Below, one piece after another: positions 30,360 through 37,497 of a stretch of DNA of 37,497 nucleotides. Origin of the DNA: Myxococcota bacterium. GTDB taxonomy: Bacteria > Myxococcota_A > UBA9160 > UBA4427. The notes beneath the pieces were generated by a model that searched no databases, was not told the DNA's origin, and saw only the letters and a list, made by a program, of their open reading frames with translations. The position numbers and the translations under genes are program-made. How positions within the stretch are numbered: position 1 is the first letter of the stretch; each line of letters starts with the position of its first letter. The DNA lies in the NCBI GenBank assembly GCA_028284295.1, contig JANQSB010000622.1, positions 1-37,497 on the forward strand. The letters are read 5' to 3'.

Positions 30360-31625
30360 CTACGCGTAGGTGGCCCTCGTGCCGGCCGCATCCTCGCCGC
30401 TGGCGGTCACCTCCGCCACGCTCGCGCGCAGGTCGGCGATGTACTCGTCCATCACCTCGGCGTGCGCGGGCGAGAGCATCAGGTGGATGGCGCGGGGCTC
30501 GGTGGTGAGGCCCGTGAACCAGCCGCGTCCCTTCATGCGCGCCCAGACCGCGAAGGGGTCGATCGTCTCCGACCCGTAGATCATGAGACCGAGCTGCGGA
30601 TCGCCGTAGGTACACAGCTCGGGCATCTCGTCGATGGCCGCCTCGAGCGCCGCGCGCGCCTCGCAGACCTGGCGGGCCTTGTCGCGGTAGCCCTCGAGAC
30701 CCAGGTAGTTCATCACCGCCCAGGCCCCCGCGATGGCACCTCCTGGCCGCGTGCCCGCCGCCGTCGGCGTGGTCATGCCTCCCGCCGGCCAGTCGTCGAA
30801 GACGAAGAGCTGATGGGCGCGCTGCGCTTCGCTGCGATGGAAGACCGTCGATGCACCCTTCGCCGCGTACCCGTACTTGTGCAGGTCCGCCGAGATCGAC
30901 GCGACCCCCGGCACCTCGAAGTCGAAGGGCGGAACCGCGACGCCGTTCATGCGCGCGAAGGGCGCGAAGTAGCCCCCCACGCAGGCGTCCACGTGGAGCC
31001 AGAGCTCGTGGCGCTCGGCCAGCTCGCCCAGCGCCTCGATGGGATCGACCAGCCCGTAGGGGAAGCACGGCGCCGAGCCCACCAGCATCAGGGTGCGCTC
31101 GCTGACGGCTCGCTCCATCGCCTCGACGTCCGCGAGATAGTCGTCGGTGACGGGTACGCGCAGCGTCTCCAGCCCGAGATAGTGCGCCGCCTTGTCGAAG
31201 GCGGGATGCGCGGAGCGGGGGAGCACGATCTGCGCGCCCTGCGTGTCGACACCGCGGGCACGTGCCTGATCGCGGCAGGTCTTGACCGCCATCAGGATGC
31301 TCTCGGTACCGCCGGAGGTGATGTTGCCGCAGGCGCCCTCGGGCCCGTGCAGCAGCGAGAGCCCCATGTCGATGACGTCGGACTCCATGCGCTTCAGGCT
31401 GGGGAAGGCCGCCGGACCCAGTGCGTTCTCGCTCTGGTAGAGGGCGTAGGCCTCCTTGGCGACGGAGAGCACGTCCTCGCCCGCGTTGAAGACGTAGACG
31501 GCCGTGCGCGCGGCGCGCCAGTCGACGTCGTCGCCGCCCAGGGCGACGAGCTGCTCGCGCAGGGTCGACCAGCCGGTGCCCTTCTCGGGCAGGGATCGGC
31601 GCGGTGCGGAGTGCGGATCCGTCAT
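30360..31625 (-). CDS. PLP-dependent enzyme, sphingosine-1-phosphate lyase/group II decarboxylase family
   Basis: TSGGTESI, HPAFDKAA, GSAPCFPYG, LHVDACVGG, PLP-Lys ADLHKYGY and GTRPG. ATG at 31625 with AGGAGG SD. Confidence 0.9.
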   Translation of the reverse strand: MTDPHSAPRRSLPEKGTGWSTLREQLVALGGDDVDWRAARTAVYVFNAGEDVLSVAKEAYALYQSENALGPAAFPSLKRMESDVIDMGLSLLHGPEGACGNITSGGTESILMAVKTCRDQARARGVDTQGAQIVLPRSAHPAFDKAAHYLGLETLRVPVTDDYLADVEAMERAVSERTLMLVGSAPCFPYGLVDPIEALGELAERHELWLHVDACVGGYFAPFARMNGVAVPPFDFEVPGVASISADLHKYGYAAKGASTVFHRSEAQRAHQLFVFDDWPAGGMTTPTAAGTRPGGAIAGAWAVMNYLGLEGYRDKARQVCEARAALEAAIDEMPELCTYGDPQLGLMIYGSETIDPFAVWARMKGRGWFTGLTTEPRAIHLMLSPAHAEVMDEYIADLRASVAEVTASGEDAAGTRATYA

Positions 31626-31931
31626 CGTCTCCTCCTGTCGAGCTTCGGCTGCGTTCGAGCGGACTCGAGCCGGAACGAGGCCGGACACGCGCCCTGCGGG
31701 CCAGGGCCGCTCGTATGGACGAGAGCGTAGCTGCCCGCGCCGGCACGCTGCATTCACCGGTCTGGTGCCCGGGAGAGGCCGACTCCGGGCTTGCGGCGCA
31801 CCCGTGTCACGAGCACGGTCGTGCCGGCTGCCAACGGGACGGCGGCACGCGGCTTCGGGATGGGTGCGATTCGGGATCGTCGAGAAGCGACCCCGGGCAG
31901 ACCGGGAACTCGTCGCTCCCCGCGGAGCCTT

Positions 31932-31965
31932 CGACCCCGGTGTCGGCTGGCCGACACCGGGGTCG
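31932..31965. promoter_or_regulatory. 34-bp near-perfect palindrome CGACCCCGGTGTCGGC-tg-GCCGACACCGGGGTCG whose core is the box TGTCG-gctggc-CGACA (31941-31956)
   Basis: 16-bp perfect arms in the divergent intergenic region. A candidate -10 (TACGGT) for the downstream gene is at 32028-32033. Confidence 0.6.
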
Positions 31966-32072
31966 CGCGACCCGCCACGCCCGACGCTTTCTGCGCTGGA
32001 TGAGATGGCGCTCCTTGTCAGCCCGGTTACGGTGCCGATTCACAGGCAACCCCAACCAGGAAGGAGCCAGCC

Positions 32073-32456
32073 ATGGCAGCGCGAAAGAAGGCCCCGGCCC
32101 GCAAGAAGAAGGCGGCACGGAAGAAGAGCGCTCTCGAGCAGCTCGAGGCCGATCTTCCCAAGACGCTCCGGGACTTCGAGAAGGAGGTTCGCAAGCGCTT
32201 GAACCGTCTCGAGCGGGACATCGAGAAGGCGGTGCCCCAGGCCCGGCGAAGAACCGCCCGACTGATTCGCGAAGCCAGTCACGAGCTGGGCCGTCTCGAA
32301 GAGCGCGGTGAGGCCGCCTGGCGAAAGCGTGCGCGGCAGGCGACGCGCGACGCTCAGGCCCTGCTCCGCAAGCTGGAGCGTGCCGTGGCTCCCCCTCGCA
32401 AGAAGGCGGCGAAGAAGAAGACCGTCAAGAAGAAGACCGCGACGGCGACGAGGTAG
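32073..32456 (+). CDS. Small basic protein: Lys/Ala-rich histone-H1-like termini flanking an amphipathic helical core (phasin/HBHA-like)
   Basis: MAARKKAPARKKKAARKK and PPRKKAAKKKTVKKK termini. AAGGAG SD. Confidence 0.8.
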   Translation: MAARKKAPARKKKAARKKSALEQLEADLPKTLRDFEKEVRKRLNRLERDIEKAVPQARRRTARLIREASHELGRLEERGEAAWRKRARQATRDAQALLRKLERAVAPPRKKAAKKKTVKKKTATATR

Positions 32457-32519
32457 CGACCCCAGCCGCTGCGGCCTGGTCCGAGGCGATCGCGATGCGC
32501 TCGCCCGGGAGGGCGTCGC

Positions 32520-33443
32520 TCAGCCGGAGATCCGCGCCTCGAGGTCGAAGACGTGGCTGTCCGCTCCCTCGATCCGGGGCCGGACGAGTCGGGCGACGAT
32601 CGTCCCCTCGTCGACCTGCCACAGGGAGACCTCGAGGTCGTCTTCCTGGTAGAAGGGGCGCAGGAAGGCCGGCACCCGCACTCCCCGCAGCCTTGCGACG
32701 TCGTCTCCCGCGTACTCGCGCAGGATGTCGTGGGTCACGATGCTGATCGCACAGGGACCGTGGGCACGCGGGTCCGACTCGTCGATGTGCCGCAGGTTCG
32801 GGTCTTCGGACGCGCACGCCCAGCGGAAGACCAGCCGCTTCCCGGCGAGCCGGTGCTCGATCACGTGGTCGGGGTCGCGGTCGGGGACCTCGACCGGATT
32901 CTTGGGCGGGCGATCGACGCCATCCGGCGCCATCCCCGCCACGCGGCACATGATCTGGACGTCCTGGTAGTGGGTGGCGCCGTCGGTGCTCCAGAGCTCG
33001 CCCACGTGGCGCACGAAGGCGCTTCCCTTCACGCCGTAGACGCCGTCGAGGTGATGGCGGATCTCGCCGAACGCGGTGCCCGGCATGGGCTCGTGGAAGA
33101 TGATCTCGGTCCCCATGTAGAGACCGCGGCCGCGGCCCTCCGTTCCGGCCTCGCCGTGCTGCCAGGTGTCGTAGCCGCCCGGGCCACACAGCGTCTGCAT
33201 GACGGGCTCGGTGTTGCGCGCGTACTGGAGGACGAGGTTGTGTCCCGTGAGCGGGTGCGCGAGGGTGCCCGTTCCCTGCTTCAGCCAGCGCTCGCGTGCG
33301 GCCTCGCGCACCGCGTCCGTCCCCACGCCGTCCACGTCACTGGCCTCGGCCAGGAGCGGCCGCAGGTTCCAGGACCAGGCGATCGGGACCTTCGGGAACT
33401 CCTTCGTCGCGTCCTTGGGGTCGACCTGGAACTCGTTGCTCAC
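32520..33443 (-). CDS. Double-hotdog MaoC/(R)-enoyl-CoA hydratase-2-like protein
   Basis: ASEDPNLRHID matches the hydratase-2 S-G-D-x-N-x-x-H-x-D motif, followed by AHGPC and FLRPFY. AGGAGGAG SD before GTG. Confidence 0.68.
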   Translation of the reverse strand: MSNEFQVDPKDATKEFPKVPIAWSWNLRPLLAEASDVDGVGTDAVREAARERWLKQGTGTLAHPLTGHNLVLQYARNTEPVMQTLCGPGGYDTWQHGEAGTEGRGRGLYMGTEIIFHEPMPGTAFGEIRHHLDGVYGVKGSAFVRHVGELWSTDGATHYQDVQIMCRVAGMAPDGVDRPPKNPVEVPDRDPDHVIEHRLAGKRLVFRWACASEDPNLRHIDESDPRAHGPCAISIVTHDILREYAGDDVARLRGVRVPAFLRPFYQEDDLEVSLWQVDEGTIVARLVRPRIEGADSHVFDLEARISG

Positions 33444-33569
33444 GCACTCCTCCTGTGGGGCTGGCCCGCTTCTTCCTCGCCGACAGGGCTGGCGAGGGTC
33501 CGGGAATCTAGCGGCTCGGATGGGTCTGTACAGCAGGCCCCGCAGCGGGGGAAGCCGACGGGTGCGTGG

Positions 33570-34640
33570 CTAGCGGGCGTCGAGCTCCTCGAAGAGCGCG
33601 CTCGCGAGCAGGGGCAGGGCGACCGTGGCGTCCGAGTAGACCTCCGCGTATCGGCCCCCTTCCGCCTCGGGTACGAACTTCCCCCAGCTGACGCCCTCGG
33701 AGTAGGTGCAGCCCGACAGGCCGCCCCAGTGGACCGGCTCCGGGCAGATCCGCACCCCGTAGCGGAAGCGTGGCGCCGACAGCCGGGTCCCCAGACGCTC
33801 GTTGGTGATGTCGAAGTAGGGCGCCACCTGCTGCGCCCAGTTGCGCGGGACGCCGCCCCCGATGGTCAGGATGCCGAGCTCGCGCGCGTCGCCGATGCGG
33901 CGCGTGTAGGCCTGCAGGTCGAGGAAGGGATTGAAGGGTGGCACCGCATCGAAGATCTCGCCGGGACCGAGCTCGTCCGGCCGGTCGGCGAGGGCGCGAG
34001 TCATCGCCCACAGCGCGACGTCGAGCCCGATCTCGCTGTCGGTGAAGGCGGGGATGAAGACGGGTACCCCGCGCTCGTAGGCGCTTCGCAGGATGCCGGC
34101 GCCCTCGTCGCGCTCGGAGAGCTTCCGGCCGATCGCTTCGCAAAGACGGGACGACGACCACGTGCCGTCCTTCGGCTTCGAGCCGTCGAGCACGTCGCGG
34201 ACCAGCGTCTCGACGTCGTTGAGGTTCGCCTCCATCTCGAGCGTGTCGTAGATGCGGTTGTAGCCCTGCTCGTACAGCTCTTCGTCGGACTTCGTCGGGT
34301 CGTAGCGGTAGTGGGTGAGCCCGATCGACTCCGTGAGCCCGTGCGCGATCAGGGCTCCGGTCGAGACGATCGTGTCGACGACGCCGCGATCGATCAGGTC
34401 GCAGACGATGCGGCCCTGCTTGGCGACCGTCATCGCGCCCGTCAGCGTCATCACCACGTGGCAGTCGTCGGAGTCGGCCATCTCGACGAGCACGTCGAAG
34501 GCTTCCCCCAGCTGTCGGCCCGTGAAGGCGGTCCGCGCCATTCCCCGCAGCAGGTCGCGGAACGACCGGACCTCGCCGAGCGCCAGGCTCTCTAGCGGCT
34601 CGAGACCGTCCGCCCGGCCGTCATGCAGGGAGCGGCTCAT
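33570..34640 (-). CDS. Deoxyhypusine-synthase-like protein (probable homospermidine synthase, SpeY-type)
   Basis: TGAMT, STGA, NRIYD, PAFTDSEIG, GGGVPRNW, GGLSGCT and catalytic-Lys motif EGVSWGK. ATG at 34640 lies inside the 3' end of the speD-like gene. Confidence 0.9.
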   Translation of the reverse strand: MSRSLHDGRADGLEPLESLALGEVRSFRDLLRGMARTAFTGRQLGEAFDVLVEMADSDDCHVVMTLTGAMTVAKQGRIVCDLIDRGVVDTIVSTGALIAHGLTESIGLTHYRYDPTKSDEELYEQGYNRIYDTLEMEANLNDVETLVRDVLDGSKPKDGTWSSSRLCEAIGRKLSERDEGAGILRSAYERGVPVFIPAFTDSEIGLDVALWAMTRALADRPDELGPGEIFDAVPPFNPFLDLQAYTRRIGDARELGILTIGGGVPRNWAQQVAPYFDITNERLGTRLSAPRFRYGVRICPEPVHWGGLSGCTYSEGVSWGKFVPEAEGGRYAEVYSDATVALPLLASALFEELDAR

Positions 34641-35043
34641 CTTCCGAGCTCCGGTGGGCCAGGGCCTCGCCCCAGCTCGGGCTCGGTGAGTCGCCTTCGT
34701 GGAAGCGCCCGACCATGCGCGTCGTGACGTCACCCAGGTCGACGATCTGGCGGATGTAGCTCAGCACGTCGTAGGGATCGGTCGCGCCGCAGGTGAACAC
34801 GTCGAGGGCGATCAAGCCGTCGTCCGCATACGAGTGTGCGGTGCAGTGACTCTCGTCCAACAACACCGCGGCCGTGAAGCCGGGCGGGGAATCGTGGCCG
34901 AAGTGGTAGCGGACCTGGGAGAGCACCGTCGCGCCGGCACGACGGGCGGCATGTGCCATCGCGTCGAGGACGAGGCCGTCGTTCAGGCAGACTTCGCGCG
35001 CCACGTTCCGGCAGTCTACGAGGAGGTGTGAGCCTTTGGACAA
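34621..35043 (-). CDS. speD: Pyruvoyl-dependent S-adenosylmethionine decarboxylase-family proenzyme (class 1B)
   Basis: GSHLLVD, self-cleavage motif LLDE|SHCTAH and DVFTCG. TTG start at 35043 after GGAGGA. Confidence 0.88.
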   Translation of the reverse strand: MSKGSHLLVDCRNVAREVCLNDGLVLDAMAHAARRAGATVLSQVRYHFGHDSPPGFTAAVLLDESHCTAHSYADDGLIALDVFTCGATDPYDVLSYIRQIVDLGDVTTRMVGRFHEGDSPSPSWGEALAHRSSEDEPLPA

Positions 35044-35381
35044 CGCATCGGTCCTCCGTTCGCGGCAACACGCGGTCGGCGTATCGAGATGAACGATGAT
35101 CGCCAGGCGGTCAGAAGGCAACATCTTTTAGCGCCGGGGGAGGCGTACGTCCACAGGACCGGCCTCGCTTTTGGCGATCTGGAAGTCGTGCCGGACGCGC
35201 ACTTCGCGGCAGCGGGATCGCCGGCCGGATCTTGCGAAACGGGGTCTGCGGCGCGTCTCGTCCCGGGGCCTCGACGGACCGGCGAGGCAGCGACCGGCCC
35301 TCTCCTGAGACGGCCGTGAAGCGCCCCCGGAGCCGTCCGGCCCCGATCTCGAGCAGCCGAAACGGTACGGAATTCGAACAG

Positions 35382-35410
35382 TTGCAGCGGGTCTGGACGG
35401 ATCCTAGCCT
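35382..35410 (+). promoter_or_regulatory. sigma70-type promoter of panD: TTGCAG-17 nt-TAGCCT
   Basis: Canonical 17-nt spacing, about 55 nt upstream of the ATG. Confidence 0.55.
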
Positions 35411-35464
35411 TCCGAGTCACGCCGGGTGTACCGCTCGCGGACGCCACGGTAGGGGAGCTTCCAC

Positions 35465-35875
35465 ATGCAACGCAGAATGTTTCTGTCGAAGATCCACCGC
35501 GCCACCATCACCCACGCCGATCTCCACTACGAAGGCAGCTGCACCATCGACGACAACCTGATGCAGGCGGCCGGCATCCTCCCGCACGAGGAGCTGCACG
35601 TCTGGAACATCACCCAGGGAACCCGTCTGGTGACCTACGCGATTCCGGGCCCTCCGGACAGCGGGGTGATCTGCATCAACGGAGCCGCGGCCCACGGCAA
35701 TGCGCCGGGCGATCTCGTCATCCTCGCCACCTTCGGCGAGATGAGCGACGAGCAGGCCCGGCACTTCGAGCCGACGGTGGTCATGGTGGACGGGGACAAC
35801 CGGATCGCCGAGGTCCGCGCCGAGATCCCCGGTCCCCAGATGCCCCCGAAGCTGGGAGCCGTCGGAGCCCACTGA
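35465..35875 (+). CDS. panD: Aspartate 1-decarboxylase proenzyme
   Basis: SKIHRAT, cleavage site YEG|SCTID, RLVTYAI and INGAAA. Confidence 0.96.
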   Translation: MQRRMFLSKIHRATITHADLHYEGSCTIDDNLMQAAGILPHEELHVWNITQGTRLVTYAIPGPPDSGVICINGAAAHGNAPGDLVILATFGEMSDEQARHFEPTVVMVDGDNRIAEVRAEIPGPQMPPKLGAVGAH

Positions 35876-35914
35876 GGGCAGGCGAGCCGCGCGTCGGGCG
35901 GGTCCGGCCTGTCC

Positions 35915-35974
35915 AGAGCCAGCCGGGCTAGAGCCAGCCGGGCTAGAGCCAGCCGGGCTAGAGCCAGCCGGGCT
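35915..35974. repeat. Tandem repeat, 4 x 15 bp AGAGCCAGCCGGGCT
   Basis: Perfect units at 35915, 35930, 35945 and 35960. A degenerate fifth unit forms the last codons of the sulfatase-like gene. Confidence 0.97.
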
Positions 35975-37400
35975 AGAGATAGCCGAGCGCCTCGAGAGCG
36001 CGGCGCAGGGCGGGGTCGAGGCGATAGCGCCGCTCGGGCAGGGGGTGGGCGGCCCGCTCCTCCTCCACGGTCCGCAAGGTCTGTCGCAACGCCTCCACGC
36101 GTCGGGGCTGCCCTCGTGACAGGTCGTGCCGCTGCTCGGGATCGGCCGCGAGATCGTAGAGCCGCACGGCGTTCTCCACGCCTTCGTAGCTGCGCTCGAT
36201 CACGATGAGCTCGTCGTCGGCGATCCGGATCGAGCGACCGACGAAGCGCGTCGGGTTGCTGCCCCGGGCAACGAGAGGCCGGTCGCGTAGCGCGTCGGGG
36301 ATGGGATCGCCCCGCAGCATGGGCGCGAGGGAACGGCCGTCGCCAGAGGCAGGGGCCGGGAGCTCCAGCAGCTCGGCCAGGGTCGCGCGCAGATCGACGA
36401 GAGAGACCGGCTCGGTGACGATCCGCGCCTCGCGCTGGTCCGGCAGCTTCACGAAGAGGGGCACCTGCAACACCTCCCGGTGCAGCGAGTAGCGGTGCGC
36501 GAAGCCGCCGTGATCGAAGAGCTCCTCGCCGTGGTCGGCGGTGAGGACCACGAGGGCATCGTCCCAGAGCCCCCGTTCGTCGAGAGCCGCGAAGAAGCGG
36601 CCCAGCTCGACGGCGCTGTGGTGGACCGCGGTGTCGTACTGCTCGCCCAGACTCTCGAGCATCTCCGCCGTCACCTCGTCGCGCCGTTCGACGCGCCCCC
36701 GGTTCATGAGGTCCTGCATGAGCGGGCCGAAGAACTCGAAGCCCTCGCGCGGCGGTCGACCCAGCAGTGCGCTCCGCGCGTCGTCTGGAACCCGGTACGG
36801 GCCGTGGACGTTCATGGGCTGCAGATAGAGGAAGAAGGCCCCGTCTTCGCGCGCGTCGTCGACCCACTCGAGAGCCCGCCTCGTCATCGCGCGCAGGTCC
36901 GGTGCGCGACCGGCCTTGCCGCGGTAGCCCAGAAACTCGTCGAAGCCCTGGTCGAAGCCCGCTCCTCGCGTGATGTGGGGGTTGAAGCTGATGGCGCCGG
37001 TCGTCCAGCCGGCGCGCTGCAGATCGCTGGCGAGGGTCGGGGCGTGCTCGGGGAGGGCGGCACCCACCGCGTCCACCCGATGCCTTCCCGGTGCGAAGCC
37101 CGTGAAGAGGGAAGCCACGGCGGGGACCGTCCACGGAGCCGGGCTGCGGCAGTCCTCGAAGCGGGTCGCGCGGTCGGTCAGCCGGGAGAGGTGGCTGCTG
37201 GTGTCCCGGGAATGGCCGTACTGCGTCAGCCGGTCGGCGCGCAGGGTGTCGACGACGATGAGCACGACGTCGGGTCCGGGCCGTTCGGGTGTGGCGGGGC
37301 CGGGGTCGCAGGCCGGCGCCCCCGCGAGCACGACGAGGGCGACGAGGGCTCCGAGCCGGGCACTCCGCGGCTGCGCGTATCGGCTGCGGGCCCGCTCCAC
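35973..37400 (-). CDS. Sulfatase-like hydrolase/transferase (alkaline phosphatase superfamily), probably exported or a lipoprotein
   Basis: VVDTLRAD, PWTVPAVASLFTG, HGPY, TADHGEE, VPLFVK, LYDLAADPEQ and LEALGYL. Hydrophobic N-terminus ending in APAC. Confidence 0.88.
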   Translation of the reverse strand: MERARSRYAQPRSARLGALVALVVLAGAPACDPGPATPERPGPDVVLIVVDTLRADRLTQYGHSRDTSSHLSRLTDRATRFEDCRSPAPWTVPAVASLFTGFAPGRHRVDAVGAALPEHAPTLASDLQRAGWTTGAISFNPHITRGAGFDQGFDEFLGYRGKAGRAPDLRAMTRRALEWVDDAREDGAFFLYLQPMNVHGPYRVPDDARSALLGRPPREGFEFFGPLMQDLMNRGRVERRDEVTAEMLESLGEQYDTAVHHSAVELGRFFAALDERGLWDDALVVLTADHGEELFDHGGFAHRYSLHREVLQVPLFVKLPDQREARIVTEPVSLVDLRATLAELLELPAPASGDGRSLAPMLRGDPIPDALRDRPLVARGSNPTRFVGRSIRIADDELIVIERSYEGVENAVRLYDLAADPEQRHDLSRGQPRRVEALRQTLRTVEEERAAHPLPERRYRLDPALRRALEALGYL

Positions 37401-37409
37401 GGGCGCGTG

Positions 37410-37497
37410 TCAGGCCGTCGGAAGCAGCACGCAGAAGCGCGCGCCGCCGGTCGTGCTCGGCGCGTCCTCGACGCGCAGCTCTCCGCTGGCCTGGCCG
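37410..37497 (-). CDS. 3' end of a sensor histidine kinase (HATPase_c), truncated by the window edge
   Basis: Manual translation GQASGELRVEDAPSTTGGARFCVLLPTA* matches the G2-box/terminal strand of HATPase domains. Not in the ORF track. Confidence 0.7.
   Translation of the reverse strand, partial: GQASGELRVEDAPSTTGGARFCVLLPTA

Noticed and set aside
32005-32020. sigma54 promoter TGGCGC...TTGT
   Set aside because: GG-N10-GC spacing is not satisfied.
35120-35240. GCTAAAA on the - strand upstream of speD as a SAM-II/V riboswitch 3' end
   Set aside because: The complementary GATTT-type 5' element is absent. More likely part of a weak promoter.
35416-35464. pan RNA motif in the panD leader
   Set aside because: Only a weak TACCG/CGGTA stem; the motif cannot be recognised by eye.
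35915-35974. Repeat array as a possible CRISPR
   Set aside because: 15-bp contiguous units with no spacers and no cas genes.

Overview
Very GC-rich bacterial chromosomal window (about 70% by eye). Gene content (PEP-CTERM protein, TMTC-like GT-C, DUF2889) suggests a Myxococcota/Binatota-like organism; this is inference. There are about 27 CDS and no rRNA, tRNA, CRISPR or mobile element was seen. In order: a 5'-truncated single-chain, eukaryote-type acetyl-CoA carboxylase coupled to an Sfp-type PPTase; a serine hydrolase and a 4xCBS protein; a complete glgC-glgA-glgX-glgB-malQ-glgP glycogen operon; DUF2238; two GT-C membrane glycosyltransferases next to a PEP-CTERM surface protein; DUF2889 divergent from an Rv2627c-like hydrolase; a second alpha-glucan phosphorylase; a QW-repeat protein and a sphingosine-1-phosphate-lyase-like enzyme; a Lys-rich histone/phasin-like protein; a double-hotdog hydratase; a speD-like + deoxyhypusine-synthase-like pair divergent from panD; a Thr-type sulfatase-fold protein; and the end of a histidine kinase. 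The strongest non-obvious signal is a recurring palindrome, TGTCR-N6-YGACA (CRP/FNR-type; resembles CooA and MrpC boxes). It has four perfect and two degenerate copies, all at promoter regions. Two are centred exactly at -41.5 and one at -42.5 relative to TANNNT-type -10 boxes. This suggests an undescribed carbon-storage/dormancy regulon.
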